Source: Caulobacteraceae bacterium (GTDB lineage Bacteria; Pseudomonadota; Alphaproteobacteria; Caulobacterales; Caulobacteraceae). Taken from it: a DNA stretch of 50,473 bases. A program made the position numbers and the translations under genes. Under the pieces are notes generated by a model. The model searched no databases and was not told the DNA's origin. It worked only from the letters and a program-made list of their open reading frames with translations. Positions 10,461 to 19,024 of the stretch are shown piece by piece. Each line of letters begins with the position of its first letter. Position 1 is the stretch's first letter. The stretch covers positions 1 to 50,473 of the forward strand of contig JBOHLC010000198.1 in NCBI GenBank assembly GCA_050729395.1. The letters are read 5' to 3'.

Positions 10461-11099
10461 ATGGCCGAAGCTATCGTTCATCCCGGGCCGCCCGAGCCGA
10501 CGCGGCGCGATTTCATCAACGTCCTGGCCGTCACCTCGACCATCGGCGCGGCCGCCGCGGTGACGTGGCCGCTTGTAGATCAGCTCAATCCGGCCGCCGA
10601 CGTCCTGGCCGCTGGCTCGCCGATCAGCGTCGATTTGACCAAGATCGCCCCGGGGCAGCAGATCGTGAAGCTGTGGCGCTCCTACCCGATCTTCATCGTT
10701 CATCGCACGCCGGCCGCCCTCGCGGAACTTACCAAGCCGAGCACCTTGAACATGTTGCGCGACCCCCACTCCGACGCGCACCAACAGCCATCGTACGCCA
10801 AGAACTGGTCGCGTTCGATCCGACCGGAATATCTCGTGCTGATCGGCATCTGCACTCACCTCGGCTGCACGCCGAACTTCGATCCCACCGTCGGCGAACT
10901 CGACCCGAGCTGGCCCGGGGGCTACCTGTGCCCTTGCCACGGCTCGCGCTACGACCTCGCCGGCCGCGTGTTCAAGTCCGTGCCCGCGCCGCTCAATCTG
11001 CCGGTGCCGCCTTATGACTTCGACAGCGAAACCTCGCTCACTGTCGGCAAGAATCCGATGGGCGAGTCGTGGAAGGTCTCGGACATCGCCACCTTGTGA
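10461..11099 (+). CDS. petA: Ubiquinol-cytochrome c reductase Rieske iron-sulfur subunit (no petB/petC adjacent)
   Basis: Tat motif TRRDF + TM helix; CTHLGC and CPCHGSRYD boxes; PAPLNLPVPPY. Confidence 0.9.
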   Translation: MAEAIVHPGPPEPTRRDFINVLAVTSTIGAAAAVTWPLVDQLNPAADVLAAGSPISVDLTKIAPGQQIVKLWRSYPIFIVHRTPAALAELTKPSTLNMLRDPHSDAHQQPSYAKNWSRSIRPEYLVLIGICTHLGCTPNFDPTVGELDPSWPGGYLCPCHGSRYDLAGRVFKSVPAPLNLPVPPYDFDSETSLTVGKNPMGESWKVSDIATL

Positions 11100-11144
11100 G
11101 GGCTCGCGCTTGTCCGCCGGGCCGGCGCGGAGCAGGGTGGGGCC

Positions 11145-11921
11145 ATGAGCACCGCCGAGCAGACGAGAAGCGAGCCCCTGGTCATCGCGGCGATCGATGG
11201 GCCGGTCGCGCGGCTGACGCTGAACGATCCCGAGCGGGCCAATGTGCTGTCGCGGGCGATGATGAACGCGCTTTCCGACGAGGTCGCGCGGGCCGGCGCC
11301 AACGAGGCCGTGCGCGTCATCGTGCTGGGCGCGGCCGGGCGCCTGTTCTGCGCCGGCCATGACCTGGCCGAGCTACGCGCCACCGACGATCGCCTGGCCC
11401 ACCTGGCCCTCTTCGAACAGTGTTCGAACCTGATGCTGGCCATCGGCGCGGTCCGGGCGCCGGTGATCGCGAAGGTGCAGGGCGCGGCCGTGGCGGCGGG
11501 CTGCCAGCTGGCGGCGGCGTGCGACCTCGCCTTCGCCGCCGATACGGCCAGGTTCGCGGTTTCCGGCATCAACCTCGGCCTCTTCTGCTCGACGCCGGGC
11601 GTGGCCGTGGCTCGGGCCGTCACGCGCAAGGCGGCGGCCGAGATGCTGTTCACCGGCAAGTTCATCGACGCGGCCGAAGCGGAGCGGCTCGGCCTGATCA
11701 ACCGCGCGGTTCCGGCGGGCGAACTCGACCGCTTGGTGGACGAGACGGCCGCGGTCATCGCGGCCAAGCCGGCCGACGCCGTCGCGCTCGGCAAGCAGGT
11801 GCTGCGCAAGCAGATCGAGGCGCCGCTCGCCGAGGCCTATGCGATCGCCTCCCGCGCCATGGCCGAGAACCTCGATCTCGCCAGCGCCAAGGACGGGATC
11901 GACGGGTTTCTGAGGCGGTAG
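11145..11921 (+). CDS. Enoyl-CoA hydratase/isomerase family protein
   Basis: FCAGHDL, PVIAKVQG.AVAAGCQL, GINLGLFCSTP and EMLFTG motifs. Confidence 0.92.
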   Translation: MSTAEQTRSEPLVIAAIDGPVARLTLNDPERANVLSRAMMNALSDEVARAGANEAVRVIVLGAAGRLFCAGHDLAELRATDDRLAHLALFEQCSNLMLAIGAVRAPVIAKVQGAAVAAGCQLAAACDLAFAADTARFAVSGINLGLFCSTPGVAVARAVTRKAAAEMLFTGKFIDAAEAERLGLINRAVPAGELDRLVDETAAVIAAKPADAVALGKQVLRKQIEAPLAEAYAIASRAMAENLDLASAKDGIDGFLRR

Positions 11922-11985
11922 CGCGCTCCCTTCCCGTCGCATTGGGGCAAGTCAGCGCCGCCCCTTTCGGCCCTTCTGGCGTTGA

Positions 11986-12312
11986 TCAGGGAGTGGCGAG
12001 CTTCACCGGCTGGCCATGGGGGGTGTGGCGAAAGGCGTCGGCCCAGGCGTGCTTGCGGGCGGAAAGCTCAGACACGTCCGCGAGGCCGCGTTCGCCGGTC
12101 AGGCGCTCGAGGGCGGCGACCCAGTGGTGGTAGTAACGCGCGCCGTCGTCCGCCGGATCGGTGGCTAGCTCGCGCGCCAGGGCCGCCGTCCATTCCGGCC
12201 AGGTGAAGACGCCGTCCTCGGCCAGGCGCACGGCGAGGGCGAAAGCCTGGGCCTGCCACGGCTCGGCGAACACCGGCTCGGCGAACACCGGCTCGGCGTC
12301 AGGCCCGTTCAA
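11986..12312 (-). CDS. Nitrile hydratase accessory (activator, P14K-like) protein
   Basis: FAEPWQAQAFALAV, FTWPEW, YYHHWVAALE and TPHGQPV motifs. TTG start inferred, overlapping the nthB end by 14 nt. Confidence 0.88.
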   Translation of the reverse strand: MNGPDAEPVFAEPVFAEPWQAQAFALAVRLAEDGVFTWPEWTAALARELATDPADDGARYYHHWVAALERLTGERGLADVSELSARKHAWADAFRHTPHGQPVKLATP

Positions 12313-12952
12313 GATAGGGCTCCCACAGATCGAGGCTGACGCTGTCGCGCGCCGACGCTTCCGGCCCCCAGAGTTCGCGCGCGGTGAAGCGCACGGTGTA
12401 GAGCGGGCGCGGATCCTCGCCGCCGCCGTGGGCGTGGACGTCGGGGAAGACATGCGCGCCGTGCAGAAGCTCGACGACGCCGACGTGGCCTCGGGCATAG
12501 CGGGGCAGGCGGGTGTGGCCGGTCGGATTGATATTGCGTGTACGAACCTTGTCACCGACCCGGAACACGGGCGGCGGGCCCTCCTCGCGCAGGTACGACC
12601 CGACATTGGCAAAGGAAGGCTCGACCGCGTCGGCGGCGAGCCTGGGCGTGGCCTTGGGCGCGGCCGGGTCGGCCCGCCCGGACGTAAGTTCCTCCTCGGT
12701 CACATAGCCGCGCTGGACCAGCATGGCGGTGAGCGCGGCGAACCAGCGCTCGTAGTAGCTCATGGCGAGATAGTCCGGACCAGGAATAAGTTCACGCGCG
12801 TGGCGGCCGGCGTCGATGTTGCCGCGCGTGGGCGAGGCGATGACAAGGCTGAGGACCCGGCTCTCCCACCGCGCGTGGAACACCGGCTCGTCGCGCTCGG
12901 GCGCCACGGCTCCAAAACCATGCATGCCGCCCATGTCGTGCACGCCGTTCAT
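12299..12952 (-). CDS. nthB: Nitrile hydratase beta subunit
   Basis: [31 protein letters not shown] and DLWEPYLE motifs. ATGA overlap with nthA. Confidence 0.96.
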   Translation of the reverse strand: MNGVHDMGGMHGFGAVAPERDEPVFHARWESRVLSLVIASPTRGNIDAGRHARELIPGPDYLAMSYYERWFAALTAMLVQRGYVTEEELTSGRADPAAPKATPRLAADAVEPSFANVGSYLREEGPPPVFRVGDKVRTRNINPTGHTRLPRYARGHVGVVELLHGAHVFPDVHAHGGGEDPRPLYTVRFTARELWGPEASARDSVSLDLWEPYLERA

Positions 12953-13557
12953 AAGGGCGCGGCTCCGATCATGCCGTCGCGGGTGACGAGGGCGGCGAGG
13001 GCCTCCTCGCCCAGTCCCTTGGTCCCGGCCGGGCGTTGGGGAATGACGAGGTAGCGAACCTCGGCCGTGGAATCCCACACGCGGATCTCGGTCTCGGCCG
13101 GCAACACGGTCCCGAACTCGGCCAGCACGGCGCGCGGATCAATCACCGCGCGCGATCTGTAGGCGGACGATTTATACCACACCGGCGGCAGGCCGAGCAC
13201 CGGCCACGGGTAGCAGGAGCACAGGGTGCAGACGACGAGGTTGTGCGTGGCGGCCGTGTTCTCGACCGCGACCATGTGCTCGCCCTGGCCGCCGCCATAG
13301 CCCATTTCGGCGATGGTCGCGGTGGCGTCGGCCATCAGCCGCGCGCGGAAGGCCGGATCGGTCCACGCCTTGGCCACCACCCGCGCGCCATTGCGCGGCC
13401 CGACCCTGTGCTCGAAGCGGTCGACGATGGCGTCGAGCGCCGCCGGATCGACCAGGCCTTTGTCGATGAGCAGGGACTCCAGAGCCTTGATCCGCAGGGC
13501 GATGTCGTCCGGCGGCGCCTGGCCGTGGTCGTCATGGTCGGGATGGTCATGGGCCAT
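12949..13557 (-). CDS. nthA: Nitrile hydratase alpha subunit, cobalt type
   Basis: [10 protein letters not shown] metal motif (Thr/Tyr indicates Co-type), His-rich N-terminus, [13 protein letters not shown] and WDSTAEVRY. Confidence 0.97.
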   Translation of the reverse strand: MAHDHPDHDDHGQAPPDDIALRIKALESLLIDKGLVDPAALDAIVDRFEHRVGPRNGARVVAKAWTDPAFRARLMADATATIAEMGYGGGQGEHMVAVENTAATHNLVVCTLCSCYPWPVLGLPPVWYKSSAYRSRAVIDPRAVLAEFGTVLPAETEIRVWDSTAEVRYLVIPQRPAGTKGLGEEALAALVTRDGMIGAAPL

Positions 13558-13627
13558 GGCCGCCAGAGTGGCGGAAAGACGTGGGAGAGGGAAGAGAAGG
13601 CTCGTTTCCAGACCTAGCGATCGCCGG

Positions 13628-13800
13628 TCACATCCGCATGGGTGGCGCCGGCGAGCCGTCCGACCAGCGGGCCACTGGCACCATGAACACGGTCGCCGGA
13701 TCGACGTCGCCGTTATCACCGCCCATCACCGGCGCGCCCGGCAGGTTGGCGCCCCAGGCGGCGCCGGCATGCGCGGGGTGTAGAACATCAGGTGCGGGCG
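13628..13800. repeat. 173-bp direct repeat, copy 1 (copy 2 at 15036-15209)
   Basis: Direct base-by-base comparison. Identity ends exactly at the TGA stop on one side and at GGTGCGGGCG on the other. Confidence 0.95.
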
Positions 13801-13925
13801 AGGAGTGAGGCCTCGTCCAGCACGGCCCGTACCCACTCGGTCCGCTTGAGAAACGTCGGCAATACCAAACGGGCCGAGGCGGCGTTGAAGCAGATCGGCG
13901 AGCTCGATGTTGGGTTCCAGAAGTC
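13628..13925 (-). pseudogene. Truncated, internally deleted and frameshifted copy of the gene at 15036-15734
   Basis: 13628-13800 matches 15036-15209 (3 substitutions, 1-nt deletion). 13801-13925 aligns without gaps to 15325-15449 (30/125 mismatches by manual count). No start or signal peptide. Confidence 0.9.
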
Positions 13926-14117
13926 TTGAGTCCGGGTCGGCCGCTTGGAAAGCCGGGCTCTTGGTTAGCCCGGAGGCATCCGCGGTACGCAGCTTCGACT
14001 TGACACAGACCAACGCCGGAAAATTGGGGCAAAAAGGCCAAAGGTTGCCCCGCCGGCCACCTGCTGTCTGACTGTGCTAACGCGCTCTTGCGCGTCGCAT
14101 TCGGTCAGGGAACCGCG

Positions 14118-14648
14118 CTAATTGAACAGCGCGATCTCTCTGCGCCATCGCCGTGCGGCGGCCCCGACGCCAGCGAAGCCGAGCAGCACTATCGCCCATG
14201 TGGCCGGTTCAGGTACGGCGACAAAGCCCGACGCCCCAGATACGGAGTAGTCGCCGCAAGCTTGACAGTAAAAACTAGAGCTGCTGATATTGACTTTAGA
14301 TAAACCTGAGGTCAGCGAGTTCATAAACGACAAGGTTATATAGCCGTCACCAGTATTTTCGATCTCATAATTCTGAGGCCCATCGCTTGCGATGTAATCT
14401 TCGGAGATGGTATCTTGGAAGAGATAACCGCTCTGCGAACCGCCCTGGACATGAATGTCGTATGCTGTAAGGTGGCCCGTAGCTGAATCTGTTGTGAAAG
14501 TGCCCTCAAGAGACGTGCCAAGGGTCATGTTCACGTCTTCCAGTGTCCATAGAATGGTTGCAGCCTCGCCCTTAGAGCAGATCAACGTCAACGCCGCAGC
14601 GAAGATTGCGAGCGTGCCGGTTTTCCTATCGAATGAATGCACTGTCAC
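14118..14648 (-). CDS. PEPxxWA-CTERM sorting domain surface protein, atypically low GC
   Basis: Signal peptide ending GEA-A, Ser/Thr/Asp-rich body, C-terminal VPEPATWAIVLLGFAGVGAAARRWRR; many A/T-ending codons. Confidence 0.88.
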   Translation of the reverse strand: MTVHSFDRKTGTLAIFAAALTLICSKGEAATILWTLEDVNMTLGTSLEGTFTTDSATGHLTAYDIHVQGGSQSGYLFQDTISEDYIASDGPQNYEIENTGDGYITLSFMNSLTSGLSKVNISSSSFYCQACGDYSVSGASGFVAVPEPATWAIVLLGFAGVGAAARRWRREIALFN

Positions 14649-15035
14649 CCCCTCTATTGTAAGAAACGCGGTGAAATCGAGCAGAAGAAAATCAAGTAGA
14701 TTGAGATTTCAGCCGCCGTCTTCTGGACAGACAATTGTCTGGGACGCGTCTGAGAAGACGGTCGAACTTTGCGATTGTCAAGAACGATCTTTATGTGGCG
14801 ACATAAGCTTAGCATTCCCGCCACGCGCCGCCGCCAGCTTCCCACAGTATAGCTGTGACCGATCGGCCCGCCCAACGGTCCGTGGGGCGAATTCGCCGCA
14901 ACACCGCTTGCATCCGGGGATGACGATCATGGCTCGAAACGGCTGCACAGTCGCCGAGGGCTAAGCCGGCTAGTTACGGGGACATAGCACCCAATAGAAT
15001 TCCAATTGTTCGCCAAGAATTGGCCCGCACGACCC

Positions 15036-15734
15036 TCACATCCGCATGGGTGGCGCCGGCGAGCCGTCGGACCAGTGGGCCACTGGCACCATGAACACGG
15101 TCGCCGGATCGACGTCGCCGTTATCACCGCCCATCACCGGCGCGCCCGGCAGGTTGGCGCCCCAGGCGGCGGCCGGCATGCGCTGGGTGTAGAACATCAG
15201 GTGCGGGCGCCAGGGGCCGCCAGCCGCGTCATTCAGGTAGCCATCTTTCGACATCATGTAGCACATGGCCCCGGGCGCCGGCGGGCCCACCTCGCCGGAG
15301 GCGACGGCGGCCTTGGTGCGGGCGAGGAGCTGGGCCTTGTCCATCCCGGCCAGCACCCACCGCGTGCGCTTCAGATAGGTGGGCAGCACCGACCGGGCCG
15401 AGGCCGCGTTGTAGCAGATCGGCGAGCGGTCCCTGGGGTTCCAGAAATCCGGGCTGGCGAACGCGTTGGCCCAGGCCCGCTCGACGATGCAGACGAAGCC
15501 GTTGGTTCCCTTGGCCGCGGTCTCATAGCCGTGGGGGCCAAGGACCAGAACCTCGGCGTTCTTGGCGATCGACGGCGGCGCGGCGCTCCGGGCCAGGGCG
15601 ACCTCGTCGGACGAGAGGTAGCGCGCCAGCGGAGCCATCGCTGGGTAGACGCCCTGGGCGGCGAGGGCCGGCCCGGCCAGCGCCAACGCGGCGATCGCCG
15701 CCGCCGTGACGGAGCGCATGCCACGGGTCCTCAT
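15036..15734 (-). CDS. Secreted conserved hypothetical protein
   Basis: Signal peptide (AAAIAALALAGPALA), typical high-GC codon usage, motifs ALARSAAP, GTNGFVC, SPICYN, MCYMMSK and PHLMFY. Alternative starts at 15755 and 15719. Confidence 0.8.
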   Translation of the reverse strand: MRTRGMRSVTAAAIAALALAGPALAAQGVYPAMAPLARYLSSDEVALARSAAPPSIAKNAEVLVLGPHGYETAAKGTNGFVCIVERAWANAFASPDFWNPRDRSPICYNAASARSVLPTYLKRTRWVLAGMDKAQLLARTKAAVASGEVGPPAPGAMCYMMSKDGYLNDAAGGPWRPHLMFYTQRMPAAAWGANLPGAPVMGGDNGDVDPATVFMVPVAHWSDGSPAPPMRM

Positions 15735-15794
15735 CACGATCCTTCTGGTCTCCATTCCTTCATGACCTCAGCGCGATTCCATGCCGGCGCCGGC

Positions 15795-16244
15795 TCAGCC
15801 GACCTGGCGGTTGCTGTTCACATTGCTCTTTAGGGGCTCGGGAAAGTCCGCCTCGTCCATCATCACGCCGTAGACGTCGACGTGGCTGCGATTGAGATAG
15901 ACGATGGTGTACTGGGCCGTTCCGGCGGCGGTCCAGCCGCTGGGGCTCGACGGATCGACCTGGCCGTCCGCCTTGATTAGACACTGGCGCTGTTGCATCG
16001 CGCGCTGGAAGCCGCGGATCGCCGCCGCCGTGCGCGGCCCGTAGAGGCCGTCGCGCTTCAGATAGGAGGTGATCGGCGCGCCGTTGTCATCGGAGATCTT
16101 CAGTGACGCCAGCAGGGTGTTGATGGCGTGCTGGACCAGCTGCACGTCGGCCGGGTGATTGCGGCAATTGGGGCCGACGGCGAAGGTGAGGTCGAAGATC
16201 CATCGGATGCCGACGCCCTCGGGCAGGTTATGCACAAAAGCCAT
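15795..16244 (-). CDS. Peptidoglycan-binding-domain (PG_binding_1-like) protein
   Basis: DVQLVQHAIN...DGLYGPRTAAAIRGFQ...ADGQVDP pattern; GGGAG RBS; no signal peptide. Confidence 0.72.
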   Translation of the reverse strand: MAFVHNLPEGVGIRWIFDLTFAVGPNCRNHPADVQLVQHAINTLLASLKISDDNGAPITSYLKRDGLYGPRTAAAIRGFQRAMQQRQCLIKADGQVDPSSPSGWTAAGTAQYTIVYLNRSHVDVYGVMMDEADFPEPLKSNVNSNRQVG

Positions 16245-16325
16245 GGCCCTCTCCCAGCTGTAGCTTCGAAGCAGTAAGCTTATCGGTTGTAAATGTCACC
16301 GATCCGCAGGCAAGATCGCCCTCCC

Positions 16326-16772
16326 GTGACCGCCTCCGACGACATCCTCGGCCAATGCCTGTGCGGGGCGGTGCGGTTCGCGCTTACCCCGCCGTTGGGC
16401 GAGATCACCCACTGCCATTGCCGCTCGTGTCGGCTCTCGCGCGGCGTCGCCTTCGTCACCTGGACGTCCGTGCCGGCGGAGCGGTTCGCCTTCCTGGACG
16501 GCGAGGGCGAGGTGACCTGGTTTCGCTCATCGCCGCCGGTGCGCTGGGGTTCCTGCCGGGTGTGCGGCAGTGCGATGTTCTACATCGCCGACGAGGCGGG
16601 CCAGCCCAACGCGCCGCGAGTGGGCCATGTCTATGTCTCGCTCGGCAGCCTGACGGGCGAGGTTCCGGGCCTGCCGATCGCGCATGTCAGCTATGAGGAA
16701 CACCTGGCCTGGATCGAGGACGCCCACGCCCTGCCGAAATACCGCGGCAAGACCGACGAGCGGATGGAGTGA
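16326..16772 (+). CDS. GFA/CENP-V family zinc-binding protein
   Basis: GQCLCGAVRF, HCHCRSCR and CRVCGS motifs. Start uncertain (16293 or 16326). Confidence 0.88.
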   Translation: MTASDDILGQCLCGAVRFALTPPLGEITHCHCRSCRLSRGVAFVTWTSVPAERFAFLDGEGEVTWFRSSPPVRWGSCRVCGSAMFYIADEAGQPNAPRVGHVYVSLGSLTGEVPGLPIAHVSYEEHLAWIEDAHALPKYRGKTDERME

Positions 16773-16783
16773 GGGAGAAAGGG

Positions 16784-18217
16784 ATGACCCGGATACTGGC
16801 CCTGGCGCTCGCCGCGGTCCTGCTGGGACCGTGGGCCGCGCGAGCGAGTCCAACGCCCGTGGCGCTTGTCCCCTGCGCGATCCGCTGGGCCAGCGAGATC
16901 GTCAAATGCGCGCGGGTCAGCGTGCCGGAGGATTGGCGGCGGCCCGCCGGGCGACGCCTTCCGCTGAAGGTCATTGTCATGCCCATGACCGGGCCCGGCC
17001 CCGAGCAGGCGCCCATGATCTGGCTCGACGGCGGTCCCGGGATCGCCGGCACCAACTCGGCCGCGCTTTACGCCGGCGAACTGAAATTCCACCGCGCCCG
17101 GCGGGCGGTGATCCTTTTCGACCAACGCGGGACGGGCGCCTCCGCCCCTCTGCATTGCCCGGCGCTCGAGCGGCGCTCGGCGCTCGAATCCATGTATCCG
17201 CCTGACCTGGTCGCCGGCTGCCGCCGCGCGCTCGAGCCCAGGGCCGACCTCGCTCAATACACAACGCTCGCGGCTGCGCGCGACCTCGACGCCATCCGCG
17301 CGGCGCTCGGCTATTCGAAAGTCGACCTGGCCGGACTCTCCTACGGGACGATGCTGGCCCAGGCCTATATGAAGCTCTATCCGGCGCGAGTGCGCGCGGC
17401 CGCCCTCATCGGCACTGTCCCGCTCGGCGAAAAGCTGCCCCTCCATCACGCCGCCAACGGCGAAGCGGCGCTGCGCCTGCTGTTCGCCGACTGCCGGGCC
17501 GAGCCGTCTTGCGCGCGCGCCTGGCCGCGCCTGGCCGGTGACTGGACGCTCGCGATGACGCGGCTCGCGCTTTTCCCCGCCGCGGTGACGACTCCGGACG
17601 GGAGGTCTGTCATGCTCCGGGCCGGTCCGTTCGGCGAAGCGGTGCGGTCCATGCTAAGCGCCGAGCCCTCCCGCCAGCGGGCGCCGATGGTTATCGCCCG
17701 CGCGGCCCAGGGTGACTTTACGCCGCTGTTGGAGGTGGAGGGCGCCGGCGGACCCCAACTCATAGCCGGGGGCCTCTATCTCTCGGTCGCCTGCCCGGAG
17801 GGGACGCGGCGCATCTCGTCGGCCGAAGAAGCGCGGGCCGTCGCCGGAACCTCGTTCGGCCGCTATCGCGTGGACCAGCAGATCCAGGCCTGCCGCGAGT
17901 GGGCGCCCGGTCGGGCCGACCCGGATCTGCTGACGCCGCTCAAGTCGGACATTCCGGTGCTGCTCCTGGCCGGCGGGCGCGACGCCGCGGCCCCCGTCGC
18001 GTGGGCGAGGCGCGTGGCCGCGGGCCTGCCGCGCGGCCGGGTGGTGGTCATCCCGGCCATGACCCACCTGCCGATCGGCCTTAGCAATATGGTGTGCCTC
18101 GACCGGATGATGGACGCTTTCTTCGCGCGTGGCTCGGCGGCCGGCCTCGACACCTCGTGCGTGGCCACCGTGACCGCGCCGCCGTTCGTGATCGGGGCGA
18201 CGGCGGGCGCCAGATAG
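16784..18217 (+). CDS. Secreted alpha/beta hydrolase (TAP-like / peptidase S33 family)
   Basis: Signal peptide, GGPG, FDQRGTGAS, AARDLDAIRAALG, GLSYGT nucleophile, and a C-terminal D and H (GGRD, MTH). Confidence 0.87.
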   Translation: MTRILALALAAVLLGPWAARASPTPVALVPCAIRWASEIVKCARVSVPEDWRRPAGRRLPLKVIVMPMTGPGPEQAPMIWLDGGPGIAGTNSAALYAGELKFHRARRAVILFDQRGTGASAPLHCPALERRSALESMYPPDLVAGCRRALEPRADLAQYTTLAAARDLDAIRAALGYSKVDLAGLSYGTMLAQAYMKLYPARVRAAALIGTVPLGEKLPLHHAANGEAALRLLFADCRAEPSCARAWPRLAGDWTLAMTRLALFPAAVTTPDGRSVMLRAGPFGEAVRSMLSAEPSRQRAPMVIARAAQGDFTPLLEVEGAGGPQLIAGGLYLSVACPEGTRRISSAEEARAVAGTSFGRYRVDQQIQACREWAPGRADPDLLTPLKSDIPVLLLAGGRDAAAPVAWARRVAAGLPRGRVVVIPAMTHLPIGLSNMVCLDRMMDAFFARGSAAGLDTSCVATVTAPPFVIGATAGAR

Positions 18218-18264
18218 CCCGATCCCTGGCGGGCGGGTGTGGCGGCGATGTCGATTTTTGGCAT
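18214..18264 (-). pseudogene. 5' remnant of a cupin-domain gene
   Basis: AAGGGG RBS + ATG encoding MPKIDIAATPARQGSGY, which I recognise as the N-terminus of alphaproteobacterial COG3837-type cupins. The frame then runs antisense into the hydrolase with no cupin HxH motif. Confidence 0.6.
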
Positions 18265-18385
18265 GGGCGGCCCCCTTATTGGAGTGGATCCTGTCGGCGT
18301 CCGGTAAAAGGATGCTCGCCGGTCCGTTCGGGTTAGGACAGTATTTAGCCAACAGATTCGCGCTCGTGGAGGGGCGGGATAACGC

Positions 18386-19024
18386 ATGCGCTGGTTCCAG
18401 GCATTGCTGCCGCGGGAGGAGAGCTACTTCGACAAGTTCGAGGCCCACGCGCGGCTGCTGGCCAAGGGGGCGGAGGCGCTGCGCGAACTCCTGAACGGCG
18501 GGGAGGGCATGGCCGCCGCCACTTCCGCGATCCTCGCCTATGAGGAGGCGGCCGACGAGATCACGCGCGGCGTCTTCCTGGCCGTGCGCCGCACCTTCAT
18601 CACCCCTTTCGACCGGGCCGACATCCATGCGCTGATCACCTCATTGGACGACGCAATCGACCAGATGCAGAAGACCGCCAAGTCGATCGCGGTGTTCGAG
18701 GTGACCACCTTCCAGCGCGAAATGCGCGAGCTCGGCGACCTGGCGATCCAGGCCTCGTATCTGACCATCGAGGCCACCGAACTGCTGCGCGAAATGCGCC
18801 ACAACGCGTCGCGCCTGAACGCCATCGCCGAGGCTGTGACGCGAATCGAGAACCGGTCGGACGAGGTGTACGACGCCGGCCTCAAGGTGCTGTTCGCCAG
18901 AAGCCAGGACCGGCCGATGGACTACATCGTCGGGGCCGATATCCTGGGACATCTGGAGAAGGTGATCGACCGCATCGAGGACGTGTCGAACGGGATCAGC
19001 GGCATACTGATCGAGCACCTCTAG
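18386..19024 (+). CDS. DUF47 family (PhoU-like) phosphate transport accessory protein
   Basis: EEAADEI, TFITPFDRADI...LDDAID, IENRSD and LEKVIDRIEDV motifs; upstream of pit. Confidence 0.93.
   Translation: MRWFQALLPREESYFDKFEAHARLLAKGAEALRELLNGGEGMAAATSAILAYEEAADEITRGVFLAVRRTFITPFDRADIHALITSLDDAIDQMQKTAKSIAVFEVTTFQREMRELGDLAIQASYLTIEATELLREMRHNASRLNAIAEAVTRIENRSDEVYDAGLKVLFARSQDRPMDYIVGADILGHLEKVIDRIEDVSNGISGILIEHL

Noticed and set aside
13628..14041. 137-aa ORF as a functional gene
   Set aside because: Only its last part is in the homologous frame. Upstream of the 1-nt deletion it reads out of frame through the pseudogene.
13628..15209. Diversity-generating retroelement TR/VR pair
   Set aside because: There is no reverse transcriptase in the window. 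The near-identical part has only three substitutions (one not at adenine) plus a frameshift, and the diverged part changes all base types, many synonymously.
16261..16283. Short palindromes GCTTCGAAGC and TAAGCTTA in a divergent intergenic region
   Set aside because: Too short to distinguish from chance, and no adjacent regulator.
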